This document shows, in pieces, positions 13,495 to 24,050 of a stretch of 64,000 bases of DNA. This DNA is from Rhizodiscina lignyota. Taxonomy: Eukaryota. Under the pieces are notes generated by a model. The model saw only the letters and a program-made list of their open reading frames with translations, was not told the origin of the DNA and did not search any database. Where the stretch lies: contig ML978134.1 in NCBI GenBank assembly GCA_010015805.1, forward strand, positions 434,001 to 498,000, written 5' to 3'. The position numbers and the translations under genes are program-made. The stretch's first letter is position 1, and each line of letters begins with the position of its first letter.

Positions 13495-15210
13495 ATGATT
13501 GGTACGTCCTTGCTGGACTACCTTTTCATCCGCACATGCATCTTTTGCCTACATTCTATTACGCCGCTCAGCATCTTCTACTGCCTCGTTGTTTTTGTCC
13601 TACAGATATCCCGATACCGCACATATTGGATTTTGGAATATTTCTTCGTGGCAGAGACGGTCTTCTACCTCTTCATATATCTTCCCCGTAGACATTACCT
13701 CCAAGCGCCTGCGATTCACCCGCCTCCTCTAGCCATAGAGCAGCGCCGTCAACTCTTTCAGAGGATCCATGAGAGCATACCCAATATAGAGCGATTTCTC
13801 TCCAAATGGTTCCTAGACGCTCCTATGTCCGAGATCAAACGCGAGAATGTCAAGGACTTATTCCGGTGGGCGCTCCTAAACATGAAAGACCACGATGCGA
13901 CGCATGACCAGGAATTGGAGCAATACATTGCAGAATTCGAAGAAGTGTCTGGATTGAGCTTGGAGCCAGGGAGAGGAAACGCAGAGTGCATGACCTTGAC
14001 ATTTAGACCTGTGAATATGTGGCATCGCAGTCTGGTCTGGTACTTCGTGAGTCTATACTTGACTGTACTGCGACTGGAGGGATTAGTACTTATCCCTGAG
14101 AGCAGTGTGTCGGCTTCGTCGATAGCTTGGTTTGTGTGAAGCTGCTTTACCATTCATTCAACCTCTACAGGGCATCCCTCGCCCAATCTCTTTTGATTTT
14201 TCCTCCGCGGCCATTTACGCTACTGAGCCGTTTTCGCTCTCCTGTGAAGAATATCTCCTATTGGCATCGCCCTCATCGTTCGAAAACAAGGCTTCCGGTT
14301 CTGTTCATACACGGCATAGGCATCGGACTGTATCCCTATATAGATTTTTTGCTTCAGTTAAACGAGGAAAATGACGAGGATGAGGAGCATGGTCAGATTG
14401 GAATCATTGCCGTCGAGATCATGCCCGTCAGCTTCCGCATTACACATGCAGCTATGGAAAGGCAGGATATCTGCGAAGAAATAAGACAGATACTTGCAGC
14501 GCACAACTGGGATCAGTTTGTAATGGTGTCACATTCGTGAGTGGTCGCATCTCTGGCTTTGGCCGCAACATGTTTCATTCGACAAGGCACTGACACTGCA
14601 TGACCAGATATGGTACCGCAATCACTGCGCAGTTATTAAGCGACCGGCAGATCGCAAAGCAGATGAAAGCACTTGTACTCATCGATCCGATTACGTTCTT
14701 GCTGCATCTACCTGACGTGGCGTATAACTTCGTAAGCCGCAAAGTTCCCGACGTCGCCTCTCGTGTAATACTAACAACGCCTAGACTCACCGAAAGGCCA
14801 TGAGGGCAAACGAACACCAATTGCAATATTTCGCCTCTACAGACATGGGTGTTGCTCATACACTGTCCAGACGATTCTTTTGGTCCGAGGTCATCATGTG
14901 GAAGCAGGATATCGAGGGCAGACAGGTGACGGTCTCACTCGCAGGGAAGGACTTGATTGTCGACACCGACGCAGTCCGGAACTATCTCACCGGTGACAGT
15001 GATTGCCAAACTGCCGAGCGGCATGACACCAACAATGGCCCTGAAAGAGACCAGACGAAGTGGAAGGGCACAGGGTTGGATGTCCTATGGTATGCAAACC
15101 TCGATCACGCGCAAGTGTTCGACAAGAGAAGTACGCGGAGCGTATTGGTGCAAGCGGTTAGAGCATATTGCTCACAAGACCGAATTTCATTTAAGAGCAA
15201 ATCTGTATAG
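13495..15210 (+). CDS. Membrane-anchored alpha/beta-hydrolase-fold protein; 3 introns
   Basis: N-terminal hydrophobic helices; PVLFIHGIGIGLYPY, spliced nucleophile motif SHSYGT, LIDPITFLLHLPDVAYNF, DHAQVF. Confidence 0.85.
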
Positions 15211-15406
15211 AGTTGGGCCTGGTAGCATCAGCCCTATGTAAGCTGTTCACTTCTGGCGCTATAATCGTCGAAGAACACGCGTCTGAACAGTCAGCTGTGA
15301 TCGCAGAGGCCTTGCACATACGCCTTGCCTAACGCCTCCAACTCCAGCTTTGCCTCACAACTCCCATTACGCGACGTAACATTCGGTTGATTCCCTTCGC
15401 CCTCCA

Positions 15407-15911
15407 CTATTTTTGCTTCGTGTCCACATCTTCCTCCTCCTTAAGGTGACTGTCGCTAACATCGTGACCTTCACTTCCCGCTTGGTGATGTGAGGCTTCT
15501 GAGGATTCGGCCTCTTTGGCCACATTGCTGCCTCCTGGCACAGGAGACGAGAGATGTGAGAGGTTCTTGAGAAGGGGATGATCCTTGCCCGTTCGAACGG
15601 TAACTCCGGTATCAGATGTCTTACCAGCTTGCTCGAGCGCAAGGTCCCCAGAGTCAAAGTATTTCCGTTCCTTATGTAAAGACGCCATTAGCAGTGCTCA
15701 TGGCAAGGAAATCCGAAACAAGCTATGCGGGAATGCACCTTGACTCTAAGCAAACCTTTCTTGTCTGGTAATTTCCCGTAGAGGCTGAAAAGTCGCTTCT
15801 CTTCGTCGTCCGGATGCTGCCGGCGAAGTGTAAGTACAGATTATTTTACGTCGCAAAAGTGATATCCCGACGCACAGTCGCATCGGTCTTGCCGCCCTCG
15901 CAGGGATCCAT
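15407..15911 (-). CDS. Endosulfine/ARPP-19 (Igo1-like) protein; exons 15876-15911, 15739-15816, 15407-15670
   Basis: Spliced MDPCEGGKTDATHPDDEEKRLFSLYGKLPDKKGLLRVKERKYFDSGDLALEQAGK; YGKLP and KYFDSGD motifs. Confidence 0.85.
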
Positions 15912-16980
15912 CCTACAGGTGAGTCTGGTTCTTAGATGCGTTGGTGGAAAGGATTCTGTCCGTGCAATGAGACTCTGCGACGTGCAGGTTGCATTATACG
16001 GAGCGAGCAAACGTCTCCGTACGGTGCTTTCCGGGTTCAGACGCACCCCCTCTTCGTCGAAAAATACAATCTCCCCAGAAGAAGACGGTTTGTGCGTAAA
16101 ATATACTGAATCGGAATAGCTCGGCTTCCATGTCACCGCAAACCTGCGCAAGTGTCTGTAAATATCCTCACAAGCGCGTATTGTATAACTGGTCATAATA
16201 ACGATTTTGCTCCAGTTCCAAATAATTTTGCGAACAAGCGGGGTGCTTCTGAACCGCTGTAATCATGACGGAACTCAGAGTAACACAAAGGCCACTAGCA
16301 AGCAACGCTGATGCGTCACTCGCTGTCGCTAGCAAGCACTTCCCTGTTTTAAGAGGGGGGTTTCCACAGAAATTCGTCAAGAGACAGAACAGGGACTTTT
16401 GGAGCGAGCAGAATCGGCGTGGAGATCACGTGAAGAGAAGGGCGGACTGGAACAAAAGTCGAGTTTTGAATATGAGAGCATGTAAATTTTTCGAGTCAAA
16501 GAACTATTACCTGCATAGGCAGTTCGTTTAGAAAAAGAAAATTAATTACTATAAGCTATGTTGAAGTTACTCAAGCCGGTTTTTCCCATTACGACTTCTC
16601 TTCGGAACTGAATGGAGGTGTCAGACAAAATTCACGTCTGAGCTCTGAAAACAGTGAATTTCTGAGTAAATTCAAAGTGATAGGGACGAAAGCCTGAAGG
16701 GCTCTCGAGCTGATTAAATATACATAGGAGATTTCAGTGCACGAGCACCCGCCCGAGCTTCATCGGCCTTAGAGATAACCGAACACCGACCCAGTGTTCA
16801 ACAGGAGGCAAGGGAGGCTCCTCATAAGTTCGAAGGACATCTCACTTATATTGATTTTGAGCTCATACATATCGTGGCGGTTGAATCTACCCTATATCTT
16901 CTACGTTCCCGCTATGCCTTTTTTCCAAGGCCCTTCCCTCGCCGTGCTACACTCTTAAGATGCCCTGTTCTTTGGCTCCT

Positions 16981-19900
16981 TCATCTCAGTTCGAATATCT
17001 GGACCTTATGCTCTCCGTTTTGGTCACCTTGGTGCCGGTTCTGGAATGCAATGGCTTCGCCGTCCATCATTCCATGAACATAACATTCACCTATCACCTT
17101 GTAATAATACCGAGTTTCATCGTCTCCTTGTTTCGCAGCATTATCATCCTTCTCCTCCTCGATTCCGATGAATGACCAGCCGGCCCAGGCTAACCGGCAG
17201 ATTATGAGGAATAATACCAATGCCACCGCCCGCACTAGTGCGTGTGATGATCCATTGTAGACAAAGAGGTAGAACCAAATGAGAAGCGACAGTATCGTAG
17301 CCGCGAAGTTTTTGTACAGTTTTGTCACTTCATCCAGAATTCGGAGCCAATGGCGAGCTCGTCGGACAATGAGCTTTGTGGTTGCGGAGACAAACGTTAG
17401 ATATGCTCGGACAGAATCTCTAGTGGCTTCGAATGTGGCATAAGGATATCTGAGATCGAAAAGTCTCTTGTCGGAAGCTTGAGGCCTAACTGCTCGTATC
17501 GTCGTTGCAAACACCGCCCTTAATCGGTCTATTCTTCTCCTTCGCGCTCTCATCGCGCGGTAATATCGTTGGATAATGATGGCAGCATCCGTCCGTTCAG
17601 AGTCTCGGTCCTCCTCTTTCTCCTTGGCTAGGTCTTTGTCTGACTTTACGTATCGTTCCAGGACCACGGGGACGGTGCAACCGTACAAAATGCATATAAG
17701 ATGGCCGGGCTTGGTGTCTTCTCGCGCGAGTCCAAGTCGACCAGACTCTGTCAGCAGCATACTTCTGTTCCAGATTACTTCTTGCACCCTACGCAAATAT
17801 TCCACAAGAAATGAGCCTCGCTGTTTGTGGATTAGAGTTTTGGTGGGCACAACTCTGCCGTGGAGACCTTTTTGTACAGCTTCCTTTAACGCTACACGAT
17901 AGTAAAGTGAAGGTCTGTCGCCGTGCGGTCCTCGATCGGCTATGACAGTACGCCAGAGAGCATCAGGTGGGTCTTCCTCCAGAGCTGTCCATCCACCAAG
18001 CTTTAGCCACGTCTCTGGAATGTTACCCTCCCGTGCTATTTCTCCAACCACTGAGACTTGATCCAAGACGAATCCTTCGATGAACATACTATAGTGCTCC
18101 TCGCGAGTCTTGAATGAGACTTTTGCCGCGTTCATTGGTTGTTGACCGTTGGCAGCGTAGTTTGAGTGATCCGGCAACCCAACAAGAGGATCGGCGTTTG
18201 CGCGAACCATTTTCGAATCCCAAATCTCGAATGGGGCATCTTTGGTCGTTGATATCCAACTTGGCAGATGCTTCAGCTCTTCCCGCCGTTCCTGCTTTCT
18301 CGGGTTTGTGTACATGATCTGCACTCCCATTCCCATTCGCGATAACTGTGACACGGATGGCGCCCACGGTCGACACAAAATATTCAGAGCATTCTGTGGC
18401 TGTGCTTTTCGAACCGCAAATTCGACAAAATCTTTGAAAGTTAGGCTGTACGGTTGCCCGTAGTCAACATAGAACACTTCTGGGTTCAGGTTACTTCTCC
18501 CGGTGCTCGCCTGCCGTAGTGGCCGCCTGGGAGAGATGGGAAAATCTCCGAGGCGGTGTTGAGTTGTTCGTGGTATGACATCGCGGGCTATTGACAGCAG
18601 CGCGTAGATGCAGTCATGCGGAATGCTGGCTTGAGAATAAGGCAGGGCGGAGACTAAATATTCTAGGCTCATGAGAGGATTTCCGAGTGAATCTCCTGAT
18701 TTTTGAACAGAATTGGTGACGACGTCCACTAGTCTCGTCGCATTCAGTTCCGGAACTTGGTCGAAGGACTCGAGAAGATGGTTGTAAACTGAATCATCCG
18801 TAACTGTATCGATAACGTTACGTAGCTTTGCCTCAAAAGTAGCAAAACGCGAAAGTGCATATGAAAATTCTCTCCAGGTAATCGTTTGGTCGCCGCAATA
18901 TAAAACCGCATCTTGTGCATGCGTAATCTCTTGAACTATCCACCGGCGAGAAAACCAAGGCAAGCTCAACAGGCTACGTAGCGCCTCCCGCTTGAGCCAG
19001 ATGTTTTCGTCTTTAACCAAGTCGTCGAACCTTAGAATGCTCAGGACGTCATTCTTCATGAAATCGAGAGCAAGCTGTGGTCCCCCGTCGATTGCGCTGC
19101 CGTCGCCCAGCCAGACACAGACTCGGGATGCATGGCGAAAGATGTCCGGTATTAACGTCACCTGTTGAGCCTTCTCGAAGGCATTCGTTTGATCAATGCA
19201 AATTACGTCCATCCAAAGAAATCGAGCTGTGGTCTCATGGCGCATCGCCCTCAAAGCGTCAACAGCTGCCGCTGGCACTTCAAGGAGACCGTCGCCCTTT
19301 TCAGGTCCGGTGTTACGAACTCGAATGGAAGACCGATGCATGGCGTCGCCCCACACCCATGAAATAGCTTCGTACGACACTTCGAGATTCCACCGATCGA
19401 GTCTGTTACGGTCGTCAACAGTGTTGCCAGGCGCATGCCGTTGGAATTCGATTTCGAGAACTGCGATTTCAACTTCGACGTCTTTGGAACTGGCGGGCTC
19501 TAATCGTAATAAGCGAATGGAGTCTTTGTTTGAGAGTTTTCCATGGTTGACAAAGTTTGGCAGGCTTTCTTCTGGTCCTATGCCCGCTACCGGATTTTCG
19601 ACTCGCTCCTCGGTGCGAACAGCGCTTAGATAATTGCGAACAGCGCTTAGATAATTACCTCCCCCTTGCTTCACGGCATCTGAAGCTAGTGTTGCCGTAG
19701 AACTAACATCTTTCTTGATCATCCGCCTCGGTGCTCTTTTCGACACGTCCCGGTTTCTCGGACCGAATCCGGAGCTGATTTCATTTATCGATCGGGATTG
19801 GGCTGAGGATCTCTTCTCGTAGGAAATGATTGGCTCGCCAAATCGAAGATTGATTTCAGCAAAGACATCGCATGACGGAATAACATAAGCCATTCCTGAG

Positions 19901-21294
19901 GCAGGGTCACCGGCAACGATATGACCGTACAACTTCTTGCTCTGGATATCGATGACCCAAGCGCCGGAGTCGCCTTGCCTGATCTCGGCCTCCCTTGGAA
20001 TTTCAACGATATTTTTCGGGCCTGGTATTGTCGAAAGTTGTTTGAATGCCCAGATGTGTCGCACTCCAAGGCCTCCTCCCACCATCATTGACATTGCTGT
20101 ACCCAGTAACCTTCCAGGTACAGAAGGAGGTGAAGACGTTTGAGCTATAACATCAACTGCCGGAGGGGGGCTGTTTTGATCTTCCGGGTGATGCCACTGG
20201 GTACCAAAGACACGTCGAGTCAAATCACCAAATGAAAGAGCTTCGGGCACATATATCAAAGCATAGTCGAGCTTATCTGACCCTAACAGAACCATGACAT
20301 CTCCTGATGGCCACGTAACTTGATCGAAATCGGCTCCTTTAATAGACTGCTTGAGCAAAAATTCATGCTGCACTTGAGCAAGGTCTTGAGACTGATATGT
20401 CGGCAAGTGTGCATTGTCGGAGGAGCGATGAGCTAGTTGTTCTGTTGAAGACGGTTGAGAATTTTGCTGCGGTTCAGCAGCGCTGACGAGATCTGACGAA
20501 GAGTCGTTCACCGAGCTCTGGTGGGACGACAAGCTCCCCAGGCTGGTTATCGCAGCAAGGCCCTCTTCTGAGCTCTCAAAGTTGTCTAAACTACCATGAA
20601 CTTCAGGGTCACCTACTCCCTCATCGTGAAGCTCTTCAAATTCGAGAGGCTCACTGTCTCCAGAACGAGGTCCCCATTCAGGAAATGGAAGACTTCCTGT
20701 TAGAACGTGAGCCGAAGTGAAGAGGTAGAGGCGATCATTTATGTGCAGGTTCCCGGAGATTGTTGCGATAGCTCTTATATTAGGGTCTGAATTGACGATG
20801 ACGTAATTGCCAGTGCTCCGATGTCTCCAGAAAGTTACTTCTTCGGACGACAACTTCAGATGCCCCTCCATGTTCCCGCCTCCTTTCATTGCAACAAGTC
20901 TTTTCAGTCCAGGATCATGAGCCGTAGCAGCCGTGCGAAATCCAATGAAGTCCTGCTCCTGGAGGTGGCCGGATTTTTCAACCAAGAGACGCGCTCGGTT
21001 GCGGGAGGACTTGTCCGCACCAAAGAAAAGGACGGTAGGTTCTGACTTTTCTCTGCTTTCTCCAATCATGAAGCCATTGAACGCGAGCTCCGGAGGAAGG
21101 TTGCTAGCTTTCAATACATTATCTATCTTGATTTGAAGATAACTGTAGCGCTGTCTAGCAAGCGATACGAGCTCCCAACAGCTACATTTGCCTACTTCCC
21201 CCAACCAAGTTCCAGTCGATTGCTCAGGATTTGGCCATCGAGTACTCGAGTTGGGCCACAAGTAGAAGTGGAAGAAGGTGAGCTTGTTGAGCAT
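16981..21294 (-). CDS. Trypsin-like serine protease + HET domain fusion protein with IQ motif and two predicted TM helices (1437 aa, apparently intronless)
   Basis: TSAHV / LDYALI / QGDSGAWV triad motifs; HET motifs IRLLRL, YEAISWVWG, LWMDVICIDQ, EKAQQV, VCVWLG, PWFSRRWIVQE; HET-6-like C-terminal motifs GHLICILYGCTVPVVL and VIGECYVHGMMDGEA. Confidence 0.9.
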   Translation of the reverse strand: MLNKLTFFHFYLWPNSSTRWPNPEQSTGTWLGEVGKCSCWELVSLARQRYSYLQIKIDNVLKASNLPPELAFNGFMIGESREKSEPTVLFFGADKSSRNRARLLVEKSGHLQEQDFIGFRTAATAHDPGLKRLVAMKGGGNMEGHLKLSSEEVTFWRHRSTGNYVIVNSDPNIRAIATISGNLHINDRLYLFTSAHVLTGSLPFPEWGPRSGDSEPLEFEELHDEGVGDPEVHGSLDNFESSEEGLAAITSLGSLSSHQSSVNDSSSDLVSAAEPQQNSQPSSTEQLAHRSSDNAHLPTYQSQDLAQVQHEFLLKQSIKGADFDQVTWPSGDVMVLLGSDKLDYALIYVPEALSFGDLTRRVFGTQWHHPEDQNSPPPAVDVIAQTSSPPSVPGRLLGTAMSMMVGGGLGVRHIWAFKQLSTIPGPKNIVEIPREAEIRQGDSGAWVIDIQSKKLYGHIVAGDPASGMAYVIPSCDVFAEINLRFGEPIISYEKRSSAQSRSINEISSGFGPRNRDVSKRAPRRMIKKDVSSTATLASDAVKQGGGNYLSAVRNYLSAVRTEERVENPVAGIGPEESLPNFVNHGKLSNKDSIRLLRLEPASSKDVEVEIAVLEIEFQRHAPGNTVDDRNRLDRWNLEVSYEAISWVWGDAMHRSSIRVRNTGPEKGDGLLEVPAAAVDALRAMRHETTARFLWMDVICIDQTNAFEKAQQVTLIPDIFRHASRVCVWLGDGSAIDGGPQLALDFMKNDVLSILRFDDLVKDENIWLKREALRSLLSLPWFSRRWIVQEITHAQDAVLYCGDQTITWREFSYALSRFATFEAKLRNVIDTVTDDSVYNHLLESFDQVPELNATRLVDVVTNSVQKSGDSLGNPLMSLEYLVSALPYSQASIPHDCIYALLSIARDVIPRTTQHRLGDFPISPRRPLRQASTGRSNLNPEVFYVDYGQPYSLTFKDFVEFAVRKAQPQNALNILCRPWAPSVSQLSRMGMGVQIMYTNPRKQERREELKHLPSWISTTKDAPFEIWDSKMVRANADPLVGLPDHSNYAANGQQPMNAAKVSFKTREEHYSMFIEGFVLDQVSVVGEIAREGNIPETWLKLGGWTALEEDPPDALWRTVIADRGPHGDRPSLYYRVALKEAVQKGLHGRVVPTKTLIHKQRGSFLVEYLRRVQEVIWNRSMLLTESGRLGLAREDTKPGHLICILYGCTVPVVLERYVKSDKDLAKEKEEDRDSERTDAAIIIQRYYRAMRARRRRIDRLRAVFATTIRAVRPQASDKRLFDLRYPYATFEATRDSVRAYLTFVSATTKLIVRRARHWLRILDEVTKLYKNFAATILSLLIWFYLFVYNGSSHALVRAVALVLFLIICRLAWAGWSFIGIEEEKDDNAAKQGDDETRYYYKVIGECYVHGMMDGEAIAFQNRHQGDQNGEHKVQIFELR
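19614..19655. repeat. Perfect 21-bp tandem duplication within the protease-HET CDS
   Basis: TGCGAACAGCGCTTAGATAAT x2, encoding NYLSAVR-NYLSAVR. Confidence 0.95.
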
Positions 21295-21785
21295 CGTCGC
21301 ATGTGACGATGAGTTTGGATCGTGCCGTCCTGCTCACAAGGCTGAAATATCCGGTAACATCGCTTAGACGGAGCTCGACGAAGCTAGGTCTCGTGAGAGA
21401 ACCAGCCAGACGCGGCGAAACAAGAGGGATGTGTAGAGGCGGATTTGAACCACAGAGCTATTGGAGAGCTTGACAGCTCGCGAAAAGGCAGAGAGGTCTT
21501 GTTCTTCGGTAGTGGGGACCGGTGAGCCCTTCTGGAGTTGTCGTGGCGGCTGGTCAATATTGGTGGTGCCTGGGTGGCGTAGTTCCCTCGAGCCTACTGG
21601 ACGGGGGTGAGGCGCAGTTGAGTTTATTAGCGCCCAATCCGGCCAGCTGAAGAAAAACAATTTCTCACCAGCCTTGCATGCTGTACTCCGTAGACTGTCT
21701 TCCAGATAAAAGTAAAACCGTTTCTGCAGTTGATCGTGGACAACAAGAATGACAATCTTCGCATCCGTGACATGTCGAGTGTCCA

Positions 21786-22910
21786 ATGGCGAATCCGCAG
21801 CAAAATCCACAGCCCCCTCTTCAAAACAACATTCAAGATGCCGAACTTACTATTCCTATCCAGGAAGCATTGCTCCAAAGTCTCTGGAACCCTGCGATAA
21901 ACATCGTCACTATGACTGAAGATCCACAGCCTTATTTGACATATTACACGTCGCAATGTCAACTGGCTCTTTATGATTCGGGGAGACACTGCTCGGCCAG
22001 ACAACATCAGGATATTACAGACGTAATCATTTTCATCAGACAGTCCTTTCACTTCGACGCGATTCTCCAAACACTTCGAAACAAGTATCAAAATCATGTC
22101 CCTCAAGTGCCAGAACCAGCCATGAGGCGAACAATCGAGCTGGCTGCGCGGATAGTTACAATGCACGAGATTGGAAAATGGCAGGGTACCGCGCCGAACC
22201 AAGATCGCCTTGTGTGGGATGCAGGCCCGCTTTCCAATTGTTTGATCGGTCATTATACTGCGCCGGCCCTGGATGGGAAGGTGAAACTTGGCGAGAAACT
22301 CTTCAATGCGGTGTCCCTTGAGAAGATAGCAGGCTTCGAGATTGTCTGGACCAACAACATTGCAGAGCATCTCCGCTTGAGAGATGATGGCACACTGACT
22401 GTCTTTCCACATGCAACTTTCCTAAAAGCGCAAATTGATTACCATCACGAGTGAGATAGCATGCTGGAGATCTGATTGTGCTTCAAGCTAACGGCCCAAA
22501 GACACCAGTTTCCCCCAGGCTTCATCAGAGAGACACTCAGCACTCTTGCTCTCCTCTTCCCGCAACACAACCGGGAGGTCGGGAGATGGATTTCCAAGCA
22601 GCGCAGAGAGCGCCAACGGCAAGGGGAGCATCTGGACGATCAGCTCCAGGCATGTGGAGTGTTGAGTCAAGACGAGCGCCAGCTGAAGAACTTCATACAT
22701 TGGCGAGATAGACTGCAAGACCTGAAACAGTCATTCGACGATGCAGAACCACAAACTCCAGGCCAATGGTGGAACGACCGTCGGAAACGAGTCCAGTGGT
22801 GGACTTTCTGGGTGGCAGCGATTGCTCTCTTATCCACCGTCTTTTTCAGTGCCGTTCAGAGTGTTGAGGGAGCCATTCAAGTGTACAAGGCATACCATCC
22901 ACACTCATGA
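21786..22910 (+). CDS. Uncharacterised fungal protein (~357 aa) with a C-terminal transmembrane helix; intron 22451-22501
   Basis: Two ORFs joined by GTGAGA...GCTAAC...AAG; motifs FNAVSLEKIAGFEIVWTNNIAEHLRL, FIRETLSTLALLFP, WRDRL, QWWNDRR..QWWTFWVAAIALLSTVFFSAVQ. Confidence 0.85.
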
Positions 22911-24050
22911 GCGTTGGTAAAGCAGAGACAGAATAAACTCCAGATCCAGAATTGGTGAGGTGGAGGCCGTGTGAGAAATAGGGTAGGTTGGAATGGGACT
23001 ACCGTAGAAATCGGCTCAACGAGTACTACGCTAGAGGCCGCCGTGGCGTAAACGACATAAGCACTCACTTAAATTTAGTTAGTATTTATAAAATAGCCAA
23101 ACCGGTAATAGCTTAGAAGGGGGTTGTGAAAGCAGCGAAATCGAAGATCCGAGCGGTGCCAAGCGTATCATTACTAGCCGAATTTGTAGGAATGCTGGCA
23201 GGACATAAGCTATGTATACAACTAAATCTCCTGAGTCAGAAACTATCACTTATACAGGCATATCGCCTTGACGAATTTTGCTATTTAACCATTTCAAACA
23301 CCAGAAAACGGGGCGAATTAGCACGGCTGCGGACGGATCGCTGCATGGCGTTCGTGTTGAATCGATCGATTCAATTCTTCAGCACCGAAACAACTTACAC
23401 TAAAAGCACCGTCTCGCGCATTTCCGTCCATGATAACAGCCTCCGCAGCAGCTAAATTTGGAGCTCTTAATTGGGAATTATTTCGCGCCGGCGTCGCGTA
23501 TTACCTACTCCATCTGACAGATTCTTAAAGGGGCAATTCGGCTCGGCCGAAGCCACGGGGAGCACTCTACCGAATGAGCATTGGAGGGTTCGTCTACGGG
23601 GTAATGGACTTTATCGGAGACAACTATCGTTAAGTCCATCGATTGTGAGACAGTCACATCAGTTCAATTGTCAGATAGAGTCAGATAGAGCACATGAGGT
23701 AATGAGCGACTCGGTCTTGTGATTGTCTAAGTATGCCGAAGCGATAACCAGATCTCCAAAAGCAAATTAATTAAAACAAAAAACATCGTGTTGTCAAACT
23801 GTATTTCAATTTTCCGTCCCCTGATTACCGTGAATGAGAAAGAAGCGAAGTACTGGCCACGAGTCAAATCCCGAAGGAGACGTCAGAACCGACCAGTACC
23901 AAAAGCAACAAGCCATCAAACTGAAGCAAAAAGAAACCATCGTCGTGAAAAACTTTTCAGCTGGTCAAGCCAGCCGTGAAGTGCCTCCCCTCACCCAAAA
24001 ACAGTCGAAACGAAGAAAGCGTGAGAACATCTTAAGTGATCAAAGCCGTT

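Noticed and set aside
21364..22412. Minus-strand ORFs (148 and 261 aa) upstream of the protease-HET gene
   Set aside because: Mostly antisense to the 21786 gene; no convincing splice path into the protease-HET ORF found, though an extra 5' exon cannot be excluded
21786..22910. Possibility that the partner gene is a gasdermin (rcd-1/het-Q1)
   Set aside because: Appears mostly helical with a C-terminal TM helix; no gasdermin-like beta-rich pattern recognisable
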